NCBI RefSeq assembly: GCF_009914755.1
Contig: NC_060931.1
Reading direction: 5' to 3' (one strand)
Length of the DNA: 64,000 nucleotides
DNA from: the human T2T-CHM13v2.0 reference genome, Homo sapiens
Within the stretch, counting starts at the first letter, position 1. Each line of letters begins with the position of its first letter. The notes under the pieces are model-generated. The model did not search any database. It saw only the letters and a program-made list of their open reading frames with translations, and was not told the origin of the DNA. This document shows positions 27,695 through 42,837 of the stretch, in pieces. A program made the translations under genes and the position numbers.

Positions 27695-30600
27695 GCTTTC
27701 CAGTCCCCCTCCCCCGTCCCACCTCCCTTCCTCGGGGTCTAACAATTCGTCCTCCCAAACCATTCAAAAACGACCTGGCCCGGGCGGCCGGCCCCTCCAC
27801 CCGCCTCCTAGCCGCCCTCCCCCTTCCCTCCCCGTCGCCTTCCTCCGGCGGGCGCGGGGCGATTTCCTTCCCCGCCGGAGCGTGCGGGCAGCGCCCCCGA
27901 ACCCTAGCGCAGCCCAGGAAGCGGTCGGAGGAGACTGTCCTGGCCGCGGTGGCAGCCCCATCCGGAGTGGCTGTGACAGCAGCAATGGCAACAGCTTCTA
28001 CACAGTGGGTGATGTCTCATCTCGCCCAAGAGCCCTCTAGGTCCGTGGGGCCGATTTGGGATTGCTGGGGCTGGGGGGGTGGTGTGGCGCGGGGTGGGGG
28101 GGCATGCCAAGAAAAGTGTCAACCGCGGAGCCCACCCAATGGTCAGGTAGACGAACCCCTTGGAGTTCCAAAGGCCAAACCGCGGCGGCCCAGCCCGGAG
28201 GTCCTGGGCGTTTCTGAAGACGTGGCCGCGCCGCGGGGGCTGAGGATTTGCGTCCCGGCCTGCTCTCTCGCCCTTCTGGGCCCTCCTTTCCCCTCTACAA
28301 CGACCCAGTCTGACGCTCCCCAACATCCAAAGGACTACGCCTCGGAAGGTGCTCGAAAGAGGCAGAAGTTCACTCTTCGGTGGAAGGAAACCCAGTCCAT
28401 GGGAAAGGCAGCAGAGCCAGAGGGGGGCAGCGCAGCGCCTTTGCTGCGGCCCTAACAGCTGGCAATGCCAACCCAAGGGAGAGACCCTGTGGCCATTTCA
28501 TCCCCACCCCCAAATTAGGCTCCGCATTGTGACCTTGAAAGGCCAGCTTGTAAGAGAGTGAAGTGGGAATTTGATAGCGCCTAGACATAGGGGCTGCCCG
28601 CTCTGAGACCCCCCCCGCCCCAGCCCCCACTATCTAGGGCATCCAGTGGACAATTAGGCTTCGTGAGCCCCAATTCCAAATGCTTGGATACGCTAACATT
28701 TTAAGCATTTCTGTCTGTAAGTTAAAACGAAGAGCCCCAAAGAGGGTGTTAATGTAGATCCTGGCAAACTGGAAGCAGCAAAGTTGGTGAACCAGAAAGG
28801 AAGTCGCCTTGGATAAGAAGCCCATCTTTTGCAATGCCATACTTGTTTCCTTTTTGAAATGAATTGAGGTAAAATAACCGTTTCAGGTCCATCCCTTACA
28901 TGGCAAAGTAAAAAGCTGGAGTCAGTACACAGTGTTGGGGTGGGGGCAGCGTTTGGGGGCGACGAGTTTTGTGCACCGCGCTGGAGTACCCTGCACATAA
29001 GGTCCGCTCATGGGCTTCTCAGTACGGACTCGCCGGCGGGAACAATTAATTGAGCAAAGCGCCCCTTTCTGGGCTGGAGCAAGGTTCGCGGCTGCAGATA
29101 TCTCAAGCTGAAGGCAAGAGCCCAGGCGAGGCGCAGGCAGGCCACGTGGCTGTTCCCTGCTGAGACTCGCAGCTTTGGTCTTGGAAACCTCAGGGTGTGG
29201 AGCTGCTTGGGCCGACTGAAGGGTTCAGCTTTTTGGGAGAAGTGAGGGCGAGTGTTATTTCTCCAGCGAGGTGTAAACAAGACTGTGCTTTCATGGGAGG
29301 GACAAATTGCAGAGTTGATCCCTTACCATTTTTACAGAAATACTCAGAAAGTGACTACAGCTTGTCAACTGGCCTGTTTAGTGAGCCGCTGCCTTACTGT
29401 AAAATTGTCTGAAAATCAGATTCGACTTGACCTCCACTTAATTTCAGTAGCACTCTAGCAGTTCTCAAAACAGTCACCCCTGCACCCTTGCGTTTGCATC
29501 TTCCGCTACAGGATTTTATCTCTTGGAAGCGCTTAGAGAATGCGGCAGAAATTCTGCCCCACTCTCCACCAAGTGTTCTTTTTGTAAATCTGAATTTACA
29601 GTATTCTGCAATTCTTATTTAGAACGTGGCTGCAGAAATCTCGAAACCTTTTCCACTTCAGCTATTTTTTTAAAGATAAATCTTATTTTTGTTTTGTTCT
29701 TTTTTTCTCTTTTCTCAAAAATAAATAAAGAGATCGAATGATTGGACTCTTTCCTTTGTGGCCACGGATAAGTAAGACAGGAAAGTGTGGGTAAAGTGTA
29801 AAGGAAATCTTACCTGACCAAGGGGAATTTGGGAAGGGGAGGGGAGCGGACAAGCTAGAGGAGAAACCAAGTCCACAGCAGCGCAGCAGCCAGGGGTCAT
29901 TAGCCAGTCCATCTTGCAAAGTCATCAGTCTCAAAGACTGGTTCTTAAACAAGTGAGCCCAGCCCTTTTCCCGGCACTAAACTTCTAGCTGATGAAGAGC
30001 TCCTGGCCATTGGGTACAGGGATCCCCGCAAGGCTCAGGCGACGCTCTGATGCCAGAATACTGAGAGGGGAATTCAAAATGAACACCTAACCAGAACCAT
30101 CCTGCCCATGGACTCTTTCAGCCACAGTCACAATTGATGACTAGTTCTAAGAAGAAATGGCTCTTGAACTGTTCCGGGGAGTGGAGGATGAGACGACTTT
30201 TGAGTTCTTAAGTGGGGCTTGAATGTTACTTTTGGAGCAAAAGTAGTCCAGGAGGTACCTCTCAAAAAATGGCTGGAGCTAGATACTCCCTGCTTTGCAA
30301 ACTGCAACACGCCCTGGCTGACGAGTCCAGTCTGCTCATATACAGCTCTTTCTTATCTAACATTTTACCTAACAATTTTCTTTTCCACATTTGCAAGGAT
30401 GGCTCCCTTTTTACTTGTTGACAGGTCAGGTATAATTCTGGATTCTCTTATATATGCAACAATAATTGCAACTTCTGCAATGTTTAGTTTAAATTTGAAA
30501 GCTTCTTTCTAAAATCCCAATCTTGAGATCATGAAAACAATCTTAGAAATTTTCTTTTGAGGCTGAAGTTAGCCTAACTGGAAGTATGTCAGTGGGGACT

Positions 30601-33600
30601 ACCTTCTTTGGGAATGCTAGATTAACTGGAATTCAGTCATTTTGCCTCCTTCTAAAGTAAAGTCCTCCCCAAAAAAATTTAACTGAAAAAAAAAATTTCT
30701 TTTGTACTTGGATAGTTCAAAACGATCTTTGTTTTCAAACTGCAAACTTGGCATGTTTGCAATCCTGCCTGAGGAATGTGTGCTGTGTTAAAAATTGAAA
30801 CAAAAAATACTGTTAAAAGTAACAGAGTTAGAAATCTCACATTGAACATATACAATAAGTATTAAGTATCCTGGCAGTTTGAATATGCTGTGACATTCTC
30901 TTAGCAACAACCAATTATAAATACTTTTAGATACGGAAAAGAAACACACACTATAGAATGGTTAGCCAACTGGTAAATTCTGGAGTTTGGGCTTGCATAA
31001 AAGGTGAGTACCTCAATCTGTTCCTACTCTTCTTTCTCCTCAGACCTTAGATGGCCTATCACCTGTTTGTTGGCTCCGAGTTCTGAGAAATAATTTATCT
31101 GAATTGCATAAATAGTGCACAGGAGCATTCGCACGGAAGGGAGTGAAAATTAGAAAGGCTGCAATTGAGTGAATATCAGATGAGGTTGTATATCTTAGAT
31201 TTCATCTTGCTTTGAACACTCCAGAGGGACTGCTGTTTAAATGAGAGAATTTTAGTAAGGTGGAATATAAAGTCATGTATGTCAACACAATAACTGTGTA
31301 AAAGCTTATTCTTCTTTCATGACCCTGGTAGCCTTAATGATGTTTGAACACCTTTCCCTATATAAAAACTCATTCTCTTTCTCTTTAAATGATGATTTGA
31401 TTCATAAACTCAACTGATTCTACATTTTTCTATCTGAATATCTTTAAAAGTAAAAAAAACAAACTAAAGTTATAAAATGTGAAGTTTTCAATCCAGAAAT
31501 AAAACGAAAAAGTAAAAAACACAATAAATTAGGGTGCGAACAGTACCGCAAGTGAAATTTTCAAATAAATGTTAATCTTTAAAATAGCTGACATTCTGAA
31601 CTCAGCTTAAGGATGGGATGAGGAGACATAGGTCTAACCTGTAGAAAGTGCAGGATCAGAATATGGAAAAGTATGGAGTCTTGAAGAGCATTTTTTTTTT
31701 TCATTTTTTTTTTCAGGGGTTGTGCAGGCTGGAGAGTTGGTGTCTTAGCTGCCCATTAACCTTGTTGGAAAACACACTCACTTCACTTGTATCAAAGAGT
31801 TGCTGGAATAACTGATGAAAGAATGCAAGAAATAAATAGTTATTCATAGGAACTATTATCATGGTCTCAGTCTTTCTACATAGCATTATGTGTCTTCTTT
31901 TTAATCATCCGATGACCAGTAATTTAAATATAAATGGAATGATTTACATTCTATGTTTTTTCAATTCAATTTCTCTTTCTGATTACTCATAACTTTCACC
32001 TTTCTTCACTGGAAGGGATTTCCGTTTTTCACAAATGGGTTTTCCTGAAGCCTTATGTCCTGCTGCTATTGTTTGGTTTGGTTCTTTCTGCAGAAAACAT
32101 GTTGTTTTTGCCAGTCACCACAAGAGGACACAATTTCCCAGATAACTTTGTTTAGAAAGAAGCTCAGAGAAGAGGAAAGCTAACAAAACAGCAAAAATAA
32201 CACACAATTAATGAATATCATTTGGAGATGTCTATTTGATTTATGCCATTTTTATTAATTAAAAAAACATGAGTTAGCATTCAAACTTTTGAAGATTTTA
32301 TAATTTGTACTTTCTTAGAACATAAAGAAAATATACTAAATATACTAATGTAGTTAAGGGAAAATGTTTATTTTACGTTGACATAATTTTGTAGAAAACT
32401 CTTGGTGACTTTGAATTTTACTTAATTCCATGTTTGGCAATGAAAAACAGTTTATTTTTTTTTTCTAAAAGATTTTTCAAAATGCCATTAACAGTTTGAA
32501 TTTCTACTTCAGGCATTTGGGTTGTCTTTACATTGAAAACTATATGAAAACTATGTTTTATAGTTTTCCACTTATATTTTAATGCAAATTTTAGGATAAT
32601 AAATTATTTTGCAGATACATGGAAAAAATGCGATATCTTAAGGTACTGACTCTCAGCACTTCCTCAGAATTATTATACACAATCTCTGATTTTAGAGATC
32701 CTTCCTCTTTTCTAGTACCTTCTTTCAAAAACATTTTAGAATATTTGATTACTTTGTACATTAAATTGGATTATAGCTTGATACTTTTCTGAAGACTTTC
32801 ATGGTTCTGGTGGATTGCTACCATGATCAGGCTGTGGAATCCTGCTTTCCTTGGAACTAAATGTTTTGCTTTGCGTTTGTATCTTTATGCAGATATATCC
32901 CTAATTACTCTCTCTGAGACCCTGCTGGAGTGAGTGAGCAGTAGACCAAAGACTCTGAAAAAAAAAAAAAAAAAGGAAAGAAAGCAGAAAGAGTAAGAGA
33001 AAATAAGAAAAATAAGGAGGTCAAGAGATAGATCAGAATCTGGAGAGAGAAGGTGAACGAGAGAGCTGGAACAAGTGGACAAGAGTGATAGAGAACAAGA
33101 GAATGAGACTTTATATATAGGAGGAATAAAAGGCCTAAATAACAAGAGAAAGAAATTGATGCATTTGAGAGAAATATAAAAGCTCCAGGATTATTTGTCT
33201 CTGTTTCTGATCAAAGACACTGCCTGTCCCTTGGTACAGACATTTAGATTCGAAAATTTCTGTAATTGTTGCCCAAGTCATAACAAAGTTGAGACAGGTG
33301 GAGAGCCATTCAATTTATAATTAAGGTTGGTGTTCATCTAATGGGTGAGCTCTGTGCCAAATTAGAGTAAAGATGGCAATATATTGTCATTACTGGATCT
33401 TAGGGTGGATCTCATCCGGGGGAAGACAGATGTCATCATTTTTCCCTGGACATGATATTATTTTCCATTTGACCTGCACATTAGAAGTCAGACTGTATTT
33501 TTCCTAGTGGTTCGCTAGGGTCAATGTCTTTGCCCTTCCCACCACAGATACCTTAGTAAAAGCAATGCAAATGACGATTCTTGTTCTCACTCACTCTATT

Positions 33601-34736
33601 CAAGACCTTGAGACATTGTAAGGTTCTGGTTCTGCCTAATGGTGCATTTGGGAGATCTGAAATCTGGTTTCAACTGGCACTAATTAACTGCAATGGATTT
33701 ATTGATTCTTTGGTAATTTAACAGAAATGTGTCAATGTCTCTTGGGTTCTCTGAGTAAGAAGGTTTAGTCCCTGACAAATATGTAACAGTATTTTGGGAA
33801 ACAAAATATGAAAATAATTTTGTAACATAGGGAGATAAATATTATGATATATGTGTGCACAGAATGCCAAGGAAGGACATCAAACCTGGACTGAGGTGAT
33901 GAGTGCCTTTGTGCATTGGAGAATTACCTTAATGCCATGGTGGTGGCCAGGAATGCTATAGCTATCCCAGACAGAAAGGCACAGAAAGGCTCACAGACCA
34001 AATTAAGATACAGATGACATGTCACATCGTTTATTGAGTCAATCTGAAACATACAGCAAAAAAAAAAAAGGAAAATCTATAGCCTAGTTTAATATACTGG
34101 GATAGGTTGCAAACAGGCAGGAAGGACCATGCTCCCCAGATCCTGTTGTATATGATGTTAACCTATCCTAGGTTTTTTTTCTATTTCCCTATATCAATCT
34201 TCCCTGCTGATGCTGTGCTTAAGAGGTCCAAAGTTAAGGATAAGCATGAATGGAGGATGAATGGAGAGACACAGGGCAGAAGCTCTTGTTCATGGCTGGG
34301 ACTGAACAGCGTGGCTGAAACTGTTAGTTCTGTCTTTTGGGACCAGCTCTAGATAGATAGAGCATAGTGAGAAAATGAAGAAATGAGAACCCGCCTGGTC
34401 TTGTCTCACTGTCTTGATTTCTGTCAATTGAAAGGTCTTGAAACCTAGAATTATGTCTATCAAATAAGACATACTCTTCTACTTCACTCTCAGTTGTGAG
34501 CTAGTAACAAAAAGTATTGCATAGGCTCTTTGTTTTAACTGTAATGGGCTGTAGAGACATAGTTGTCATCAAGAGTAGGAATATTTCCAGGAAATATGAA
34601 GTGCATATAATGAAGACCGGGAAAACAAAAATATCCACTAACGGTCTTAAGCAACCTTAATGCAATTTTAACTTTACAGCCAAATTTTGGACAGGAAGAA
34701 AGTAACAGTTATGTATAAATTAAAAGAAAGACAAAG

Positions 34737-35124
<388 letters not shown>

Positions 35125-35694
35125 TTATTTTGTTTTAACTGGGACATCCTCTAAAATATACTACAATCTGATTTAATTATGAGAAAGAACAAACTCTTCT
35201 TCTAGATTTATGTAACATTAATTCAGTGTTATTTTCATTATGTTGATTCTTATATGAATGTTGGGCACCCAGATTTTAAATAGAGATTCATTAAAATATT
35301 CCATGGTAATTTTGTAGAAATTTTAACACATATTTTAAATGGAAGAGAAAGAATTTTAAGAGAAAATTTAGCAGAAAGATTATTCAATTTTACATGTGAG
35401 TACAGTAGCAATCACAACTGCTTTATCTTGTATCATTCCCATGGGTTACTAGGTATAGCAGAAGTTCATATTGTTGGAATAATTTGATAGAATGAAAGCA
35501 GAATAAAAATAGAACAAAAAGGAATCTAATTCAACTTTAACTTATTGTCAAATTCTTAACACATCACAATTGAGGACTGGAGGAACTGCTTACAAAATGC
35601 ACTTGAATAAAATCGTAGAATACTGGAACTAGAAGAGGTTTCAGAAGTCCAGAGCAACTCTTCCTTTTCTGGCAAGGCAGAGTGGCTGTAGAGA

Positions 35695-35920
35695 GTAGAG
35701 TAGTGGATTGTAGCCTGGATTCTAGAGGCAGTCAGCCTGGGTTCAAATATGGCTCAACTTCTCACTACCTGTTTAACCTTAGATAAGTTACTTACCCCTC
35801 CATGCTTCCTGTGAAAGGGAGAAAATAATGTACATCATTAGGTTGTTGTGATGATTAAATTCCTAAGTGCTAACCCCTTAAGATGGTGCCTGGTACTTGG
35901 TACATGTTTTATATTATTGT
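35695..35920 (+). mobile_element. MIR
   Basis: gcctgggttcaaat...accttagataagttacttacccctc...ggttgttgtgatgattaaat...gtgcctggtac. Confidence 0.75.
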
Positions 35921-37469
35921 TTTAACTGAGAGCTAAGTTATGCAAGACCTTGTAGACTGAAATGAAGCATTTACCCTCAATTCTGAATGCAAAAGTTGCA
36001 CTTTAAAGGGTAAATGAGGAAATTAATTGATGAGCCATTTCTGTTTGAAGAGCAACTATTTCTATATCCATCTATTACCACCCGAAGCCACAAAGTGCAC
36101 ACTGGGGACATCAACTGCAAGTTTTATAATTTATCTATGCCCTGCCTGTCAAAGAATGGTAACAGGACACATATGACTTCTTCAGCTTCTATACTGGGCC
36201 ACATCTTTGCTGAGGTAAAGACTATCATATTAAACTGTCTACTTGATACCACAATGTGGGATTCTCACAGACATCTCACTACTGTCACTTTCACATAACC
36301 TATTGCTTCTACCCCTGCAAATCAATAAATTTTGGTAAATTGTTTATCTGTTTAGCCTAAAAGCCTAAGAGCTATCATCAATTCCTCTGTTTTTCTTAGC
36401 CCACTATCTCCTTCATCCAAGTGATTATGAGAGGAGAGCAGTCTCCCACCAAGACTGACAGACTGGACATTCACCAATAGTAGGAAGTTGGTTTGCATGC
36501 AGGACAGTTCACAAAACTAACAGAGATGACATTGCCAGAGTTTGTGGCACTAAGATTCTCTGTGGCACAATTTGGCATACAGTGGCTCATAACTGGAGTC
36601 TGTTTCATTTGTGTTAGGATTTTTTTCCCAAGTAGCCTAATTGCCACAAGAACACAGACCCTTCTCATATTACTCACGGACTCCATAATGTGCAAAATAG
36701 ATACTTCATAAATTCTTGTGTATTGATTATTATTCTCTTTGGAGAATTACAAGAAGTTCAGTCTTCCATAGGTTAAGTATTTCTTAGTTTACCTCAGTGT
36801 TACCTTAAACCTGCATTTTAGCTAATATACAAAAATAATAAAACCAAGTAGTATCTGTTACTTAAAATCAGAGATTAAAAACACTTCTTTAGAAATATTA
36901 ATTTAGAGAATATTTCTTTCTGGATTCTGGAATTACCCAGTGAACATATCTGGCCCTGCTTGCCCAAGTACAATAATGAATAATCGGGACAATTTTGTAT
37001 TTTGTATCATAGAACCAGAAGGATGTGACACAGTACAAGTATTGATGAGAAGTAAAAAGAACTACAATAAAGCAGAGACCATCTGTAAATTATTTGATTT
37101 ATGTTCTTTGCAGAGAATAAATTAAATTAGTTGACCCTGAACTGGAAGAGGAGAAGAACCTTTCACTTGTGTAGTATCAAAAGCCAAAGATTTGTGTAAT
37201 AAAATAGTAGGGAGAAAATACCAAGGGAGTTCCCAATCAGTGGCTGTAGTAATTAGAATAGGAAAGGAGTTTTTCTTTGACTGAGGAAAACATCAATTCT
37301 ATCCTCTTCTGATTTCTCAGGATGGTACAAACATTTAAGGAGTGGTGCATTCTGGTCATAATATGTCAATGTCACTCCATCAGCAGTCTCAGAACTCATG
37401 AGTATTCACTTGACCACACCATTCTCGTGCAGCAGGAATAGTGCTGACCTGGAAACTCGTCAGTGTCTA

Positions 37470-38005
37470 TGGCATGTATGGGCTTTTCTTTGGGGGAAAA
37501 GAGAAACAAGTTAGGAGGCCATTGCAATAATCTAGATAACAGGGGATTGTGACCTGAACTTGAGTGGTAGTAGTGGAACTGGAATTGGAAAGAAATGATA
37601 AGATTGCAAATATATTTTGAAGTAGCCAACAGGATTCGTTAAAGGTAAGACATGAGGTGTGAGAGAGAGGAATGAAGGGTGACACTAAGTCTTTTGATCT
37701 ATGCAAAATAAAGGGTATGTTGGCAACCACTGAGATGGAGAAGGTTGTGAATGCAACACACTTCAAGGGAGATAGAGAGTTCAGTTTTAGATATGTAAAC
37801 TTTGAGTTGTCAGCTAGAAAAATTCAAGTAGAATTGTTGGGCAGGCAGTTGGATATGTGCATCTCAAGTTTGTGAGAGAACTCTGGGTTGGGAGCTCCAG
37901 GATAGAATTTGGAATTAATCAGTATGGATAGCATTTGAAGCTATGTAATTGGAGATCACTATGGGAGTAAGTCTGTGTGAGGAAGAGATGAGGACTGAAA
38001 CTGAA
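37470..38005 (-). mobile_element. L2 fragment
   Basis: gttaggaggccattgcaataatctag...gagttcagttttagatatgtaaactttgag...gcagttggatatgtg. Confidence 0.75.
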
Positions 38006-39154
38006 AAAGATGGTGAATACTGCTATGAAGAAAAAAAAAATAAAACAAGGAAGGGACGTAGGGATTAATGGAGAAAGTATAATTTTAACAACAGTAATAT
38101 TTGTGAAATCAGAGATAATTACTTTTCTTAAGAAAAGACTAAGACAAATTGAGAAGAAGCAATAGTGCAAGACATAATAGAAAAAATTCTCCAGAGTAGG
38201 AAAAAAAACCCCAGAGTTTATAAAGTAGAATAGCACATTGTATTCTGAGCAAAGTTAATGAAAGTAGACTCATATCTATAAATATTCTCAGAGAAATGTT
38301 GACCATTAAAGACAAAGAAGCCATCCTATAAGCATGCAGAGAAAAATTTATCTATAAAGGAATAAAAACAGGCTTTTTAGGTTTTCTCCATAAAGAAAAA
38401 TTGTCAAAAGGATGTTGTCCAGGCAGTTCATATACCCACCTAAGATTGCGTTTTACTATATGAAGTGTGAAAGGACTACGGAAATACCATTTTGTTCCCT
38501 TACAAAAACAAAGTCAAGTATTTTTTTACTTATTGAGAATCTCACTTCCAAGAACCGTGGTGAGCAATGGTACAAATAAACATAGAGATTTAAATCTAGT
38601 CAATTGTTACAAAACAAAGACAACAAGAGTAAGTACAAAAAGAAACAACACATTCTTAAACAAGAAGCATATGTTATAAAAGTATTCATGTATTTGTAAA
38701 TATAAACTTAATTCCAGAAACAGACTTGAGATAGATGACATGAATTTTAAAAAAATCAGCAAGAAGACACATTAAAGACAAGTGAGATAATTTAATCAAG
38801 AAGAGAAGAACATGAAGAATATAAAACTTAGCTGAATTAGCCTCAGAATGTATATTTAATGTCATGTATTTTGTAGTGGTGGGTCAGACAACTAGCTCTA
38901 AGAAAGTCTAGTAAATAATGTGAACAGCTTTTACAAGCAATTGTCAAGATTCATAGGGCCTCTAAGGAAATATGTGTACATACACACATGGACTGTCCAG
39001 AAGAATCCCAACTATTCCTGGTATTGTGACCCGAAAAAAAGTTTATTCACTTAAGTTCATGGAGAAATAAACACTGAATATCATCAAGGACAGTATCCTT
39101 GACTCCTTGACAACACATGCATATTAAATATCCACTAAGTTTCATAATACTGGC

Positions 39155-39295
39155 TTTTTTTTTTTTTTTTTTTTTTTGCAGAGGCAGGGTCTTGCCATGT
39201 TGCCCAGGCTAGTCTTGAACTGGACTCTCAAGCATTTCACTCACCTCAGCCTCCCAAAATGCTGGGAATACAAGTGTGAACGACCATATCTGGCC
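39155..39295 (-). mobile_element. Alu monomer (FLAM-like)
   Basis: T23 tract followed by the reverse complement of a left Alu monomer, ending at tggcc. Confidence 0.8.
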
Positions 39296-39710
39296 AGAAT
39301 TGGTTTTTTTTTTAATAATGTCACTTAATATAGGTTTATGATATAGTGGCAAAAATGATTTACTCCAAGTAATTTTTACCAAAGGCTAATTCTTTCTGAT
39401 TGTGTGGTTTAATCTTGCTATAGATTTTTGAGTGTCTAGAGTTATATATATTCTTCTAGTCATCATTTGTAAATATTGTCTTTCTTAGCTGATACATTGA
39501 AAGTGTTGAGAAGTGATTTGAGATTGTGCTTCCTGAAATTTGATAATAAAATGCTATAATCTAGGTTACCAGTGAGGTGATATTCTTTTGAGAGAATCAC
39601 TGAACTCAACAAAATCTTAAATGGAAGGCATGTTTAACTGGAATGCTTTCTTGCCACTCATTGGAGGTAAGGACATAATAATTAACCATTCAATCATCAT
39701 CATCATCTAT

Positions 39711-39839
39711 AATTCAATACTATTAGATTTGAACTAATAGTACAATTCAATAGTATAGAACTAATGGTATAATTCAATACTATTAGTTCAAATAGTTCAA
39801 ATAGTTGAACTATTAGTTCAAATCTAATAGTATTGAATT
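39711..39839. repeat. 31-bp perfect inverted repeat with 67-nt spacer
   Basis: aattcaatactattagatttgaactaatagt (39711-39741) / actattagttcaaatctaatagtattgaatt (39809-39839). Confidence 0.95.
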
Positions 39840-40384
39840 GAATTGTCAAAGAGAGAAAGTCACATCAGACATGATATAAAAGTAGGCAACATTTCTTATA
39901 ATTTTAAAATTTGAATTTAGGTAAGATATATTTTACTATATCTTTGGAAAACATTATTGCATTTAAATTTATACTGTTCTTACTGTCATGGAATAAACGT
40001 AACTTTGAATTGTATTTCATAATGTATACAGCTGCGTTCTATTCCATCACATGTCATGTTCTCTTTCATTTTATGTAGTTAGATTGATTTTCTGGTCTGA
40101 AACATCAGAATAGTACCTTGTGAGATGAAGTGAGGGGGTGAGGAACAGCTTATGTGTTATAAGCTGGAGTGGGAAAAACGCATTGTGTATAGCATCCCCT
40201 CTCTCATGTCAGCCTAATATGCTCATAAGAATTTCAGCTTGGTCTTTGCCTATTTGTATCCTAGCCATAGGCTTAAAAATCTTGTGTGTATTTTGGAACC
40301 ATTCTGTTCCTTGGTGCTTCACAGTATTAAATGAGACCTTATTATGTGTCAGGCACTACCTCAAGGCACCTGGGATGAAGAGAT

Positions 40385-40830
40385 ACATTAGGTAGGATAT
40401 GGGACTATAACAAAGAGATCCCAAAGTATAGTGGCTTAAACAAGGCGATTATTTATTTTAAAATTTGGATAGGTGCTACAGGCTTGGTGTAGCAGTGGCT
40501 CAGCCATGTTGGAGATTTAACTTCTTGCTCTGCCATTCTCAGAATGTGTCTTCAATTTCATGGACCAAGAGACCACTCCAGGTCTCATGTCAATTTTGCA
40601 TTCTAGCCAATGGGAAAGGAGAAAAACAAGGGGAAGACATGTCCCCTTGCTTTTTTAAGGGGAACTATCTAAAAATTACATATGTGACTTCTGCTCATTT
40701 CCTATTGCTAGATCTTAGTCACATGGCCGTAGCTAACTGCAAGTGAGGCTGTGAAATGTACCCGTGGCTGGATGGCCATGTTTAGCATAACCTCTGCGGG
40801 TTCTATTGCTGACAAAGACGGGGAGAATAA
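40385..40830. mobile_element. Old MLT1 (J/K/L-like) LTR
   Basis: tagtggcttaaacaag...acttctgctcatttcctattgctagatcttagtcacatggcc...aactgcaagtgaggctgtgaaatgta. Confidence 0.6.
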
Positions 40831-42785
40831 ATATTGTCAGATAATTAAAACAGGCCCTTTCTCATGTGGAGAAGGAAGTAGGCATGATCCTTGGCTTAAA
40901 TTTGGCTCAAAAGTTAGAATTTACTCTTTTAATTCTGTTAATATTCTTCATGCTAGTTATACACCATTTTACTTAGCCTGCCAATGCTGCTCTCCCCTGC
41001 AATCTCAATTTATGGGCATTTAAATATAAAATAGTATAGAATTTACAATATGTTGACTATATTTCTTCTATCCCATCCTAGTGGCTCATGTTACTAATTC
41101 CCCCACATACCTCAACCGATATCTACTCAAGTTGGCCAAGTGCATGTCCCTCATTCTGCTGTGAACTCCTAACCAAACTAGAAAACTGTGGTGAGCAGAG
41201 CCAAGTTCACAGTAAGCATCCAATAAATATTTGATAGATTTTTATTAAATTGGTAATGAAAGTTAGCACAAGAATTGGATGCTGAACAGAGCAAGAAAAC
41301 TCAATCTGATCCTGTCCAATTTAAATGTAAACTGAGCCTACATTATTTCTGCTTTTCACTCTCTCCTCACTATGACATTTATATGCTTGTTTAGTTTAGG
41401 GCTACACATAAGAATGACCATGAACATTTGACTTGGGAAAGGGGAATCAGGAAATTGTTCACCTTCTTGATCATTTTGTCAACTCCTCTTTCCCAAAGGA
41501 GACATTTATGTAGCCCAACGACTTTCTTAAGCTGAAATAAAACATATCTTCATGTTTTCTTTGTATATAATTTCTGTAGAAAACATATAATTTTCATTCA
41601 TTTTTATAGAAGAAAAGAATCTTGAAAAGAAACTTTTAATTTTATATGGCAGCATAGGAAACGTAGTCAATAAAATGAAAAAAGACTGAAGACAAGAGGG
41701 AGGGGGGAGAGACAGAGAGAGAGGAAGAGAGCTATGATTTTAAAAAAGTTATTATTATTCATAGCTACTTATCTTTTGCCATGAATGATAAATGAACAAC
41801 TAGTAGAATGGTAATACAGTATAATACATTGAAAGCCAATTACTAATGATATAGGAGCATTAAAAAACAACTACAGCTAAATTGTAGCAAATCAGTCAGA
41901 GTATTAAAAATATTAGATTTATGAAAGAGTGAAGTACTCTTAAAGAACATCTGCAAAATCATAGATGTAATAATGGCATTATACTTCAAGCTGATGAAGA
42001 AAATGTTATAAATCACATCATCTGACTTGGAAATTCTCCCCATGCTTGGAACTTTATTTCAAGAGAACCTCTATTTCTGAATTAAATGCCATAAATTTGA
42101 GAATTGTATTCACTTTTGTCACTTGATCCATTTGGTAATACATTTTATATGAGCCTCCATAAAGGGTGTCCCCCCGACCTTAGACTGAAAATTACTGTTT
42201 GTCTGAGTAGTGTCCTTTCCTCTTAAAAGGTGTTTACTTAGGTGGTGTTCACACTGTCCTCTCGGCCAGGACTCTTTAGCATCTCTGACCTCAGTGCTGC
42301 TCTTGTCATTGATTTGGGCTTCTTGGGTATGACAGTATAACTTAGCAATTTTTTTTTATACTAGCACTGCATATGACATAAAACAATCTTAGTTTTTCAC
42401 TCAGAAGTTGTGTTTCTCTTTTGTTGAGATAATGAAACAAACATTTCACACAAATGTTCTTTGTTATAATGCTCAAATTTAACCTTTAGAAATTCATCTC
42501 AATTAAATTGTACAAAGGTATTGATATCAAATTTGACTGCAGTGGGCCAGACGTGGCCTAAAACACAGAATGGGTTTATCTAATAGTCATATTTTTTCCT
42601 CTCTCTCATATTCATGCTCCAGGCATTAATATGATAATGTTATGTTGTCAGCTAAAGTACCCTATTTATCATATTTATTATTAATAATGAAGTACTCTAA
42701 TAAAATGTATCACCTAAAGGAAATAACAAGTGTTATATGGTCTTGCAGTAATAATCTTTTTATTATAGCACAGGCAGGGGGACGC

Positions 42786-42788
<3 letters not shown>

Positions 42789-42836
<48 letters not shown>
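42789..42836 (+). repeat. (AT)n(AC)n compound microsatellite
   Basis: Directly visible. Confidence 0.97.

Positions 42837-42837
<1 letters not shown>

Noticed and set aside
27904-28476. 190-aa and 168-aa ORFs upstream of TWIST1
   Set aside because: CpG-island ORFs with no protein-like features and non-ATG starts.
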